64,000 nucleotides of DNA, taken from an uncultured Alphaproteobacteria bacterium. Its GTDB lineage: Bacteria > Pseudomonadota > Alphaproteobacteria > RF32 > CAG-239. Positions 1 through 8,932 of this stretch are shown here, in pieces; position 1 is the stretch's first letter; each line of letters opens with the position of its first letter. The notes under the pieces were generated by a model that did no database searches, was not told the DNA's origin, and saw only the letters and a list, made by a program, of their open reading frames with translations. Location of the stretch: the NCBI GenBank assembly GCA_910587405.1, contig CAJUKS010000004.1:78141-142140 (forward strand). Reading direction: 5' to 3'. A program made the position numbers and the translations under genes.

Positions 1-555
1 GCCGGGATCGGGCTCGCCTTCGCCGCCGCCTTCAATAACGCCGCCGCCCTCGCCACTGCCACCGCCTTCGCCGCCGCCCGGACCGGAACCGCCCCCTTCA
101 CCGCCGCCGCTGCCGGAGTTTCCGCCGTTGCTGCCGCCACCACCGCCACCGCCGCCGCTGGCCGCAATCGCAACGCCTCCGCCGATCAAAACCGCGGCGC
201 CGAGATATGTGGTCGGGCCGACTTCCCAGACAAATTTATCGGAACGGACAGGATGCGCTGCCGCCTCAAGCCTTTTAACACAAGGGTGGCCGGGATTGGC
301 GCCTGCCTGCCGAAGCAGGGCATAAGCATTGCGGTCCTTGCGCACAATGGCGGTACAAAGCGCCGTATTGCCTTTGGCATCGGTTGCATCCAGAGAATAG
401 CCGTTGCGTTTCAGGCGTTCAAGCGCCAACTTGTTGCCGAACCGCGCATGATTATATATTGAAGCAGACAAGGCTTCGGTATCAATCGCGGCATATGCCG
501 TGTGCGCGACACATACGGCAATGGCGGCCATTTCCAGCAATTTACGAATTTTCAT
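1..555 (-). CDS. Signal-peptide protein with an ankyrin-like repeat, one TM segment and a Gly-rich low-complexity tail. The 3' end runs off the window.
   Basis: ATG at 553-555 on the reverse strand. Hand translation gives MKIRKLLEMAAIAVCVAHTAYA..LDATDAKGNTALCTAIV..TTYLGAAVLIGGGVAIAASGGGGGGGGSNGGNSGSGGGEGGG.., open to position 1. It is absent from the ORF track because no stop lies in the window. Confidence 0.6.
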   Translation of the reverse strand, partial: MKIRKLLEMAAIAVCVAHTAYAAIDTEALSASIYNHARFGNKLALERLKRNGYSLDATDAKGNTALCTAIVRKDRNAYALLRQAGANPGHPCVKRLEAAAHPVRSDKFVWEVGPTTYLGAAVLIGGGVAIAASGGGGGGGGSNGGNSGSGGGEGGGSGPGGGEGGGSGEGGGVIEGGGEGEPDPG

Positions 556-795
556 ACGGCATTCCCCAACCACTAAATTGTTTAAAAACATGCTTATCAT
601 AAATGACAATCGTTAAAATGTCAAAATAATTCCCGGTTTCCGGGTAACGACGCTTTAAATTGTCAAACCGAGAATTATATAAGGATTAATATTTTTTAAA
701 CAGAAATTGACAAATTAGAAAAAAAGATTATAGTAGGTTTAAATTTTTACTAATCCGTTTATATTGCAACTATAAGTTAACGAAAGAGAAAAACC

Positions 796-1449
796 ATGAA
801 AAAGTTATTTGTATTTTCCCTGCTTTTCTTTGTCGGTGCATGTGCACAGGGCTCCATCTACAAAGGTTATGATCAGGATTGCAACAGCCATTTTTATTCC
901 GGCAAGTCCTGCCCGACCAAAAAAGAAGTCAAAAAAGAAGACCCCAGACAGCCCGAAAAAGTTTATGTATATAAAGAAAGACCGCAGCAACGTCGCATCA
1001 CATTGGTTGCCCAGCGGCCTGCTTATGTCGTTCAGCAACAGGTTCCGGTAACTGCCGTTACGGTACCCGCTCCGGTAGCAACGGTTACCGTTCCCGTTCC
1101 GGCACCGGCTCCGGTCGTTAACGGCTGCAACGGTTGCGCCCCGGTTGTCAGACAAACTCGCGAACCGGTTGAAGTCATTTACAAAAAAGTAACTTATACC
1201 ACCGTTTACGAACCGAAGACAACTTCGACCGTCTCTTATGAAAAAGAACCGGTGGTCAACCAAAAAGTTGTCAGCACCACTCAGGTCGTTGCCCAACCGG
1301 AAGTCAAAACCGTTGTAACCACCCAGCCGCAACAGGTAAAAACCGTTGTGACCACAACCAGCAAACCGGCGGTCGAAAAAGTGTCCTACACGATTGAAAA
1401 TACCCGGGCCGCTGCTCCGAGCGAACTTCTGATCGAAGAAATCAAATAA
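796..1449 (+). CDS. Lipoprotein with a Pro/Val/Thr/Gln-rich repetitive body
   Basis: Lipobox LLFFVGAC after a basic N-terminus. AGAGAAAAACC lies upstream of the ATG, and an intrinsic terminator follows. Confidence 0.7.
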   Translation: MKKLFVFSLLFFVGACAQGSIYKGYDQDCNSHFYSGKSCPTKKEVKKEDPRQPEKVYVYKERPQQRRITLVAQRPAYVVQQQVPVTAVTVPAPVATVTVPVPAPAPVVNGCNGCAPVVRQTREPVEVIYKKVTYTTVYEPKTTSTVSYEKEPVVNQKVVSTTQVVAQPEVKTVVTTQPQQVKTVVTTTSKPAVEKVSYTIENTRAAAPSELLIEEIK

Positions 1450-1469
1450 AACTTCTTCTTTCGTGTCAA

Positions 1470-1491
1470 CCCCCGCTCCGGCGGGGGTTTT
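1470..1491 (+). terminator. Intrinsic terminator after the lipoprotein gene
   Basis: CCCCCGC-TCCG-GCGGGGG stem-loop followed by TTTTG. Confidence 0.7.
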
Positions 1492-1585
1492 GCATATCAT
1501 ACGCCCTTTTCTCTTTCGGCGGCCGCCTGCATTTTATTTGCTTTTTTATTTCGAAACGCTACAATGGCGTCGAAGGAGAAAACTC

Positions 1586-2434
1586 ATGACAGTCATTCGC
1601 GTTGCCGCCAAGGCCTTTATTGTCCGCAACAATTGTTTTTTGCTGTTGGAACGGTGTCAATCAGACACCGCCCGTCACCCCGAATATGATATCCCCGGCG
1701 GCGGAGTGGAAAACGGTGAAAGCTATCTGCAGGCGCTGGAACGCGAAATTACCGAAGAAACCGGACTTAAAGCCAACATCAGACAGCCGCTACGGGCATG
1801 GAACTATTCGGAAAAAGAAGGAGAAATGCTCTACGGAGTCACTTTTGCCGCCGATTACATTTCCGGCACGGTTCGCCTTTCAGACGAGCATCAGGCCTGG
1901 CAATGGATTGATTTTGACAATTTGGAAACGCTTGATCTGCCGCGTTGGATCAAAGAAGAAGCCCGGCTGGCCGCTCAAATCGTCATCCCCGCTTCTTCCG
2001 CTGTTTGTCCGCCTCAGATCACCCGTACCCACGCAGGGGTTTACGGCATTATTCGTAACGCTTGCAACCAACTGCTGGTGATTCGCAAACGCCGCGGTCC
2101 TTACAGCGGTCGGTTTGATTTACCCGGCGGATCCCCCGAAAGCGGGGAAAGCGAAATTGAAACGCTTGCCCGCGAACTTGAGGAAGAAACCGGCTGCCGT
2201 CTCCTCAACGCCGGAAAACGCCGCCGGGAAACCGTTTTATTTACCGATTTTGATGAAGAAGACGGCCGTCCCGGATGCTTAAAACATACCGCCGTTTTGT
2301 TCGACTGCACCGTAGAAGGCAGCCCCGACGATCACATTAACGATCTCGATTCCAACGGCGCGCTGTGGATAGATGAACAGCAAATCAACGCCCGTAACGC
2401 TTCTCCTCTGGTTCAATTGGCACTCAAAAAATGA
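1586..2434 (+). CDS. Tandem double-Nudix hydrolase
   Basis: Two Nudix boxes are present: GGGVENGESYLQALEREITEETGL and LPGGSPESGESEIETLARELEEETGC. I chose the ATG at 1586, preceded by GAAGGAG, over the longer track ORF starting at 1463. Confidence 0.8.
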   Translation: MTVIRVAAKAFIVRNNCFLLLERCQSDTARHPEYDIPGGGVENGESYLQALEREITEETGLKANIRQPLRAWNYSEKEGEMLYGVTFAADYISGTVRLSDEHQAWQWIDFDNLETLDLPRWIKEEARLAAQIVIPASSAVCPPQITRTHAGVYGIIRNACNQLLVIRKRRGPYSGRFDLPGGSPESGESEIETLARELEEETGCRLLNAGKRRRETVLFTDFDEEDGRPGCLKHTAVLFDCTVEGSPDDHINDLDSNGALWIDEQQINARNASPLVQLALKK

Positions 2435-2958
2435 AAATACTCATCATCGGCATGCTCGGTTCGGGAAAATCGACTCTGGCTTATGAACTCAGTCGTCATT
2501 TTTCGCTGCCGCGTCTCAATTTGGACGAAGTCTCCCGCGACCCTCAGACCGGCGCCTATCGCAGTGACGAAGACTGCCGCCGCCTCATAGACGAATTTGC
2601 ACGCCGCTGTTCCGACTGGGTAGCCGAAGGCTCTCAGCAGCAATTATATCGCCGGCTTTCCCCGGACCTGATTATCCATACCGACGTTTCACGCTTTACC
2701 GCGGCATGGCGTTTCACCCGGCGTTTTTTTAAAGCTCGGCGGCTGATCGGAAAAAACATCGATCCCGGTTTGCCGGTTCAGCCTTATCACTACCGCCGTC
2801 CGACCGTAGCCAAAATTTTACAGTGGGACCGTTGCAACGGCGTTCTTAATCGTGAGATTAAAGAATATACGGCTTCGATTGCTCTCCCGGTTATCAAAAT
2901 AAAATCACGCCGCGACTACCCCGCATTGTTTCGTCGGCTAAAACATTTGACCGATTGA
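2431..2958 (+). CDS. P-loop NTPase (adenylate-kinase / FlaR-like small kinase)
   Basis: Walker A motif IIGMLGSGKST at the N-terminus. An ATGA overlap with the upstream Nudix gene suggests translational coupling. Confidence 0.65.
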   Translation: MKILIIGMLGSGKSTLAYELSRHFSLPRLNLDEVSRDPQTGAYRSDEDCRRLIDEFARRCSDWVAEGSQQQLYRRLSPDLIIHTDVSRFTAAWRFTRRFFKARRLIGKNIDPGLPVQPYHYRRPTVAKILQWDRCNGVLNREIKEYTASIALPVIKIKSRRDYPALFRRLKHLTD

Positions 2959-3016
2959 ATCGGCCGCAAACGGCATTATATGATAATCAGTCAGTCATTT
3001 AAACCGGAGAAATCGG

Positions 3017-3892
3017 ATGAGTATATCACAGGCCATTTTCGCTGCCGGCTGTTTTTGGGGAATTCAGGCGGTTTTTGACACTGTCCCCGGCGTCGTATCA
3101 ACCACTGTCGGCTATACCGGCGGCAAAACCGAAAATCCCGGTTATCGGGAGGTATGCAACGGCGATACCGGCCATGCCGAAGCGGTAAAAATTCTTTATG
3201 ACTCCGATTTTATCAGTTACGAGCAACTGCTTGATATCTTTTTTGCCAACCATAATCCGACCACGCTCAATCGTCAGGGGCCGGACATCGGCGATCAGTA
3301 CCGATCGGCAATCTTTTACCTCACGCCCGAGCAACAACAGGCCGCGCTGAATAAAATCGCAGAATTGAACCAAAGCAAAGCCTACCCTTCTCCGATCGTC
3401 ACTCAGGTGGTTCCGGCCGCCGAATTTTATCCGGCGGAACAATATCATCAGAAATACCTTGCCAAACAGGGACGAAGTTGCTGTTCCGCTACCCAACCGC
3501 CGCTCAAACGCAGTGACGAAGAGTGGAAAAAACGCCTTACCCCGGAACAATATCGCATTTTGCGCCAAAAAGGCACAGAACCGGCTTTTTCCGGAAAATA
3601 TCTGGAAGTTAAGGAAGACGGAACTTTCAGCTGTGCCGCTTGCGGAAACCCGATTTTCCGTGCCGGCGACAAATTCGATTCCGGCAGCGGTTGGCCCAGT
3701 TTTGACCGTGCGATTCCCGGCAGTACCAAGGTTTCGCCCGACTTCAGTCACGGAATGGTACGCGCCGAAGTTACCTGCGCCCGCTGCGGTTCCCATCTCG
3801 GTCATGTTTTCAATGACGGCCCCACCGCCACCGGCGCCCGTTATTGCATCAATTCCGGCGCCATGAACTTTGCCCCGCGCGAAAACAATTGA
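3017..3892 (+). CDS. msrAB: Fused peptide-methionine sulfoxide reductase MsrA-MsrB
   Basis: The MsrA motif AAGCFWG is at the N-terminus. MsrB motifs CAACGNPIF..SGWPSF..CARCGSHLGHVF are in the C-terminal half. Confidence 0.9.
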   Translation: MSISQAIFAAGCFWGIQAVFDTVPGVVSTTVGYTGGKTENPGYREVCNGDTGHAEAVKILYDSDFISYEQLLDIFFANHNPTTLNRQGPDIGDQYRSAIFYLTPEQQQAALNKIAELNQSKAYPSPIVTQVVPAAEFYPAEQYHQKYLAKQGRSCCSATQPPLKRSDEEWKKRLTPEQYRILRQKGTEPAFSGKYLEVKEDGTFSCAACGNPIFRAGDKFDSGSGWPSFDRAIPGSTKVSPDFSHGMVRAEVTCARCGSHLGHVFNDGPTATGARYCINSGAMNFAPRENN

Positions 3893-3951
3893 CATAACGG
3901 CCAAACGCACTACAATTCCCCAAAACTTCAATATTTTTCGGAATCCGTGCC

Positions 3952-4416
3952 ATGGAAAACATCTTTCGCTACTCAATCAAAGCCATTATCATTCATGAAG
4001 GCAAATTGCTGGTCGAAAGTTGTGATTACGGTCGCGGCCGCTTCAGCAAATTGCCCGGCGGCGGACATCAATGGGGCGAAACCATGGAACAGGCCCTGAT
4101 CCGCGAATGCCGGGAAGAACTCAATCTGGAAGTGCAACCGCTGCAACTGGTGTTGGCACGCGACTACATTGCCAAAAACCACCATACCGTTCTTGACGAG
4201 CCTTGTTTTCATCAGGCCGAATTGATGTTCCGCTGCAAAGTGAACGATTTTTCACCCCTCGGCAACGGCTGCGAACCGGACGGCGACGGTCAGCAGATTC
4301 TCTGGCTTCCTCTCGATCGGTTGGAAAACTCCGATTTTGTCCCCAAAGCGATCATCCCCTATCTTAAGAATATTGACACGATTCAACAAACGATCGTTTT
4401 GGGCGATGTAAACTGA
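3952..4416 (+). CDS. Nudix hydrolase
   Basis: Nudix box LPGGGHQWGETMEQALIRECREELNL. Confidence 0.8.
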   Translation: MENIFRYSIKAIIIHEGKLLVESCDYGRGRFSKLPGGGHQWGETMEQALIRECREELNLEVQPLQLVLARDYIAKNHHTVLDEPCFHQAELMFRCKVNDFSPLGNGCEPDGDGQQILWLPLDRLENSDFVPKAIIPYLKNIDTIQQTIVLGDVN

Positions 4417-4473
4417 AGTTTTTTCTTCTCTCTTTCAATGAAGATGCCGCCGGTTTCCCGGCGGCATCGCAAC

Positions 4474-7400
4474 TCAGCGCAATTTGCCCTTCAGCGGCGG
4501 GCGTCCGAGCTTCTCGGCCCGTTTGCCGATCTTCCGACGCAGAATATTTTCTTCGTCAAACCTTTCGCCGATCATGGCAAACATCATCGGCACAAACAAG
4601 GTTGCCACGAAGGTCGATAAAATCATGCCGCCGATCATCCCGGTCCCGATCGCATGACGGCTGCCGGCGCCGGCACCGGTGGAAACCGCCAGCGGCAAAA
4701 CGCCGAAAGTAAATGCCAGAGAGGTCATCACAATCGGCCGAAACCGCAGCTTGGCCGCACTGACGGCCGCTTCGGCATAAGTCATGCCGTTTTGTACCTG
4801 CATCACCGCAAACTCAACGATCAAAATTGCGTTTTTGGCCGCCAGACCGATCAGGGTGACCAAACCGACCTGGAAATAGAGGTCGTTTTGAATACCGCGC
4901 ATATAAACGGCCAACAATGCGCCCAACACCGCAAACGGCACCGACAGAATGACCACAAACGGCAGCGACCATTTTTCATACTGGGCCGCCAAAATCAAAA
5001 AGATCATGATCAAACCGAAAACAAATGCCTGCGTCGAAGCGCCGCCGGTCAGTTTTTCCTGATAAGCCGACCCGATCCACGACAACGAATAGCCGCTTCC
5101 CAACACCTCCGCCGCAACCTGTTCCATCGCCGCAATCGCCTGACCGGAAGAATAGCCGCTTGCCGGATCGCCCAAAACTTTGGCTGCCGGGAAAATATTG
5201 AACCGGTTGACCAGTTCGGGCCCGGTAACACGTTCGACGTGCAAAAGGGTGGACAACGGCACCAGCTGGCCGCTGTTAGACTTGACATATACATAGCGCA
5301 AATCATCGGGCGTCCGCCGGAACTTGGCTTCCGACTGCAAAGTTACCCGGAAGTTGCGCCCCATGTAGGTGAAATCATTGACATACAGATTACCGAACGT
5401 CGACTGCATCACCGCATAAATCGCATTGATCGGCACATTGAGGATTCTTGCCTTTTCACGATCCAGATCCACCCGGTACTGCGGCGTGCTGACCGAGAAA
5501 GTGGTGCGGACATTGTCCAACTCGGGACGTTCGTTGGCCACGGCAACAAATTCCCTCACCTTTTCCATCAGTTCTGCCGAACTTTTGCCGCCGCGATTCT
5601 GAATATAACCTTCAAAACCGCCGGCCGTACTCATCCCCATAATCGGCGGCATCGAAAAAGCATAACCGATTCCCTCCGGCTGGCTCATGCCGTATCCGGT
5701 ATAAAGCTGAGCCAGAGCTTCCGCCGACTGGCCCGGTCCTTTGCGCTGATCCCAGTCCTTAAGCACAATGAAACTCAGGGCCGAATAGGTGTTCTGGCTC
5801 GAAGAAAGGATATTGAAACCGTTAATCGTCAACACATCCTGCAGATCCGGACTTTTTCTTAACATACCGCCGACGGTATTGGTAAAATTAGTCGTCCGTT
5901 TCAGCGAAGAAGCCTCGGGCATACTGTAAGACATCAGAAGCGTTCCCTGGTCTTCGTTCGGCACCAGGCCGCCCGGCACAATCTTAAACAGCAGCAAAAT
6001 CAGGGCCATCACGCCCAGAAAACTGACCACCGCCGTTTTGCGGTGCTTAAGGAAAAACCGAACCCCTGCCAGATAAAGCTCGGTTGCCGCATCAAAAAAG
6101 TTGTCAAACCATTTGAAGAATCCATGCGGCTGCTTGTGTTCACGCACCGGTTTAATAATCAGGGCACATAACGCCGGCGTCAGCGTCAGTGCCACAAAAG
6201 CGGAAATCAGCACCGAAACCGCAATCGTGACCGAAAACTGCTTATACATCACGCCGGTCATGCCGCCTAAGAAAGCAATCGGCAAAAATACCGATGACAG
6301 TACCAAAGCCACCGCAACCACCGGCCCCGACACTTCCTGCATCGCTTTGACGGCAGCCTCGCGCGGCGACAGTTTCTCTTCGCTCATCAGACGTTCGACG
6401 TTTTCCAACACGATAATCGCGTCGTCCACCACAATACCGATCGCCAGAATCAAGCCGAACAAAGTCAGCAGATTGATCGAAAAACCCAACACATACATAC
6501 CGGCAAAAGCGCCGATAATCGATACCGGCACCGCCAAGATCGGAATCAGGGTCGCCCGCATATTCTGCAAAAACAAATAAACAACCGCAATAACCAGCAG
6601 CACCGCTTCAAAAAACGTATGAATCACTTCATTGATCGAAACATCGACGAATACAGTGGTGTCATAAGGAATTTCATAAGATATTCCTTCGGGAAAACTT
6701 TTGGAAACTTCTTCCATTTTCTGTCTGATCAACCCTGCCGTCTCCAGCGCGTTTGCCCCCGGTTGCAGATAGATCGCAAAAGCGACCGCCGGTTCGCCGT
6801 TAAAGAAGGAGTTGACACTGTAATCCTGAGCGCCCAGTTCAATCCGCGCCACGTCTTTCAGGCGCAAAATACCCCCCTTGTCATCGCTTTTAAGAATGAT
6901 GTTGCCGAATTCCTTTTCATCGACCAACCGTCCTTTGGTGTTGACCGAATAGGTATAGGGCAGATACTCGTCGAGCGGTTCCTGTCCGAACTGTCCGGCG
7001 GCAAACTGCGAGTTTTGTTCCTGCACCGCGGCAATTACGTCCTGCGGCGTCAGATTGAAATCGGCCAGTTTGTCGGGCGACAATAAGATCCGCATCGAAT
7101 AATCCTGAGAAGCAAACAGCGACGCGCTGCCCACCCCTTTGATACGGCGGATTTCATCCAAAACGTTCAATAAGGTATAGTTGGAAACAAAAATGGTATC
7201 GTATTGCGGCGACGAAGACTTCATTGTCACCACCTGCAAAATCGCATTCGACTTTTGTTCGACCTTGACGCCTTGTTTGGTGACTTCGGCCGGCAGTTTT
7301 GAAGTGGCCGCCTGCACCTTGTTGTTGACGTCAATGGTCGCCTGGTCGGGATCGGTACCGATGTCAAAAACCACCCCGATGGTCAGATAGCCTTGGGAAG

Positions 7401-7650
7401 TGGCGTTGGAATACATATAGATCATATTCTTGACACCGTTAATTTCCTGCTCGATCGGCGCGGCGACGGTATCCGCCAACACCTCGGCCGTAGCGCCGGG
7501 ATAAATTGCCGTGATTTGAATTTCTGTCGGCACAATATTCGGATATTGCTCAATCGGCAGTACCTTCATTGATACCAGTCCCGCCAGTATAAAAATCAGC
7601 GAGACAACCGTCGCAAAAATAGGCCGGTCAATAAAAAACTTTGAAAACAT
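4474..7650 (-). CDS. RND efflux transporter, inner-membrane pump (AcrB/MexB family)
   Basis: 1058 aa. N-terminus MFSKFFIDRPIFATVVSLIFILAG, 12-TM RND architecture, and the typical VVDDAIVVLENVER-like motif (VVDDAIIVLENVER). Confidence 0.93.
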   Translation of the reverse strand: MFSKFFIDRPIFATVVSLIFILAGLVSMKVLPIEQYPNIVPTEIQITAIYPGATAEVLADTVAAPIEQEINGVKNMIYMYSNATSQGYLTIGVVFDIGTDPDQATIDVNNKVQAATSKLPAEVTKQGVKVEQKSNAILQVVTMKSSSPQYDTIFVSNYTLLNVLDEIRRIKGVGSASLFASQDYSMRILLSPDKLADFNLTPQDVIAAVQEQNSQFAAGQFGQEPLDEYLPYTYSVNTKGRLVDEKEFGNIILKSDDKGGILRLKDVARIELGAQDYSVNSFFNGEPAVAFAIYLQPGANALETAGLIRQKMEEVSKSFPEGISYEIPYDTTVFVDVSINEVIHTFFEAVLLVIAVVYLFLQNMRATLIPILAVPVSIIGAFAGMYVLGFSINLLTLFGLILAIGIVVDDAIIVLENVERLMSEEKLSPREAAVKAMQEVSGPVVAVALVLSSVFLPIAFLGGMTGVMYKQFSVTIAVSVLISAFVALTLTPALCALIIKPVREHKQPHGFFKWFDNFFDAATELYLAGVRFFLKHRKTAVVSFLGVMALILLLFKIVPGGLVPNEDQGTLLMSYSMPEASSLKRTTNFTNTVGGMLRKSPDLQDVLTINGFNILSSSQNTYSALSFIVLKDWDQRKGPGQSAEALAQLYTGYGMSQPEGIGYAFSMPPIMGMSTAGGFEGYIQNRGGKSSAELMEKVREFVAVANERPELDNVRTTFSVSTPQYRVDLDREKARILNVPINAIYAVMQSTFGNLYVNDFTYMGRNFRVTLQSEAKFRRTPDDLRYVYVKSNSGQLVPLSTLLHVERVTGPELVNRFNIFPAAKVLGDPASGYSSGQAIAAMEQVAAEVLGSGYSLSWIGSAYQEKLTGGASTQAFVFGLIMIFLILAAQYEKWSLPFVVILSVPFAVLGALLAVYMRGIQNDLYFQVGLVTLIGLAAKNAILIVEFAVMQVQNGMTYAEAAVSAAKLRFRPIVMTSLAFTFGVLPLAVSTGAGAGSRHAIGTGMIGGMILSTFVATLFVPMMFAMIGERFDEENILRRKIGKRAEKLGRPPLKGKLR

Positions 7651-7666
7651 GGTATTTCCTTTCGCT

Positions 7667-8815
7667 TTACTTGCTCAGCGTTTCGGATTTCTCAACCGGA
7701 CGCACCGTCATCCCGGGACGAATCTTCATCAGATTGCTGACAATGACGCGATCGCCGGCTTTCAGGCCGCTGTCGACAATCCAGCCTCCTTCCCGCGTCA
7801 TCAGGCCGGTATGAATATTGACCATTTCCACCATATTTTTACCATTCAGAACATAAACGTACGAACCGTTGGCACCCTGCATGATTGCTTCCTGCGGCAC
7901 GATCAGGGCATTGACCCGGGTCAGGCCTTCCATCACCAGGCGCAGAAACTGTCCCGGTTTTAAACGCTTTTTCGGATTCGGAAAAACCGCCCGCAGCTTG
8001 ATGGTTCCGGTTCCTTCGTCAATCCCCGAATTAATAAAGTTGATTTGTCCCGCCAACGGGTATTCGGTATCATTGCTGAATTTTACTTTGGCCGTAATTT
8101 CGCTTTTGTTTTCCGGATTGCGGATCAATCCGTTATCAACCATGTTGGCCAGCGACATCATCTCGCTCTCCGAAGCCGAAAAAATAACATAAATCGGATC
8201 CAACTGGGTAATGTTGGTCAAAAGTCCGGTGGCCGAAATCAGACTGCCTTCCGACTGGGCCTCCATGCCGGTTACGCCGCTGATCGGCGCTTTTACCTTG
8301 GTATAGTCAAAATTAAGCTGCGCCGTTTCCACTTCCGATTCTGCCATCTGAACCGCTGCCTTTTGCGCTTCCAGTTCTGCCATTGCTTCATCACGGGACT
8401 TTTCGCTCACAACCTGCTGTTTATACAGTTTGGCAATTCTCTCCCAATCGTTTTCGGCACGGTGAAGCTGAGCTTTGGCTTTAGCCAAGTTGGCTTTGGC
8501 ATTGTTCAGCTGCGCACGATATTGCTCGGGATCAATTTCAAACAAAACGTCGCCTTCGCGCACTTCCGAACCTTCGACATAATTCTTTTTCAGCAGAATG
8601 CCGCCGACCCGGGCCCGCACTTCGGTCTCTTTGTATCCCTGCGCGCGCGCCGAGAATTCAAAACTGAGGGGAACGTCACGCGGTTCGACTTTCATTACCT
8701 CCACCGACATCATTTCCTGGCCGGCAGACGCCTGCCGCGCTTTTTCTTCTTTGCAGGCGCAAAGGGCCAACACCAAAAACAGTCCGGTAAACAACTTGCT
8801 TTTTTTCAACATCAC
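7667..8815 (-). CDS. RND periplasmic adaptor (membrane fusion protein, AcrA family) lipoprotein
   Basis: Lipobox LVLALCAC, coiled-coil hairpin region, and an operon position directly upstream of the RND pump. Confidence 0.88.
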   Translation of the reverse strand: MMLKKSKLFTGLFLVLALCACKEEKARQASAGQEMMSVEVMKVEPRDVPLSFEFSARAQGYKETEVRARVGGILLKKNYVEGSEVREGDVLFEIDPEQYRAQLNNAKANLAKAKAQLHRAENDWERIAKLYKQQVVSEKSRDEAMAELEAQKAAVQMAESEVETAQLNFDYTKVKAPISGVTGMEAQSEGSLISATGLLTNITQLDPIYVIFSASESEMMSLANMVDNGLIRNPENKSEITAKVKFSNDTEYPLAGQINFINSGIDEGTGTIKLRAVFPNPKKRLKPGQFLRLVMEGLTRVNALIVPQEAIMQGANGSYVYVLNGKNMVEMVNIHTGLMTREGGWIVDSGLKAGDRVIVSNLMKIRPGMTVRPVEKSETLSK

Positions 8816-8932
8816 ATAACCTTTCCTAATTTATTTTATAATGCCGCTGAATTTCTCAATAACATAAACCGTTTTTTTATTTCCGTCATCTCTTTTTTGC
8901 AACCGGGCGGGTTTTGGGCCGGCATGAGGCAA

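Noticed and set aside
4654-5862. Long ORFs antisense to, or out of frame with, clearly identified genes. Examples are 805-1500(-), 4654-5862(+), 8045-9028(+), 23214-24080(-), 26070-26864(-), 39195-40013(+), 43133-43912(+), 43973-44818(+), 44822-45610(+), 46584-47258(+), 50923-51864(+), 52381-53451(+), 56599-57375(-), 57557-58309(-) and 60356-61330(-).
   Set aside because: Each lies entirely within a gene with strong family motifs on the other strand or frame. Their translations are low-complexity (R/G/A/F-rich) and lack RBS and motifs. They are shadow ORFs typical of mid-to-high GC DNA.
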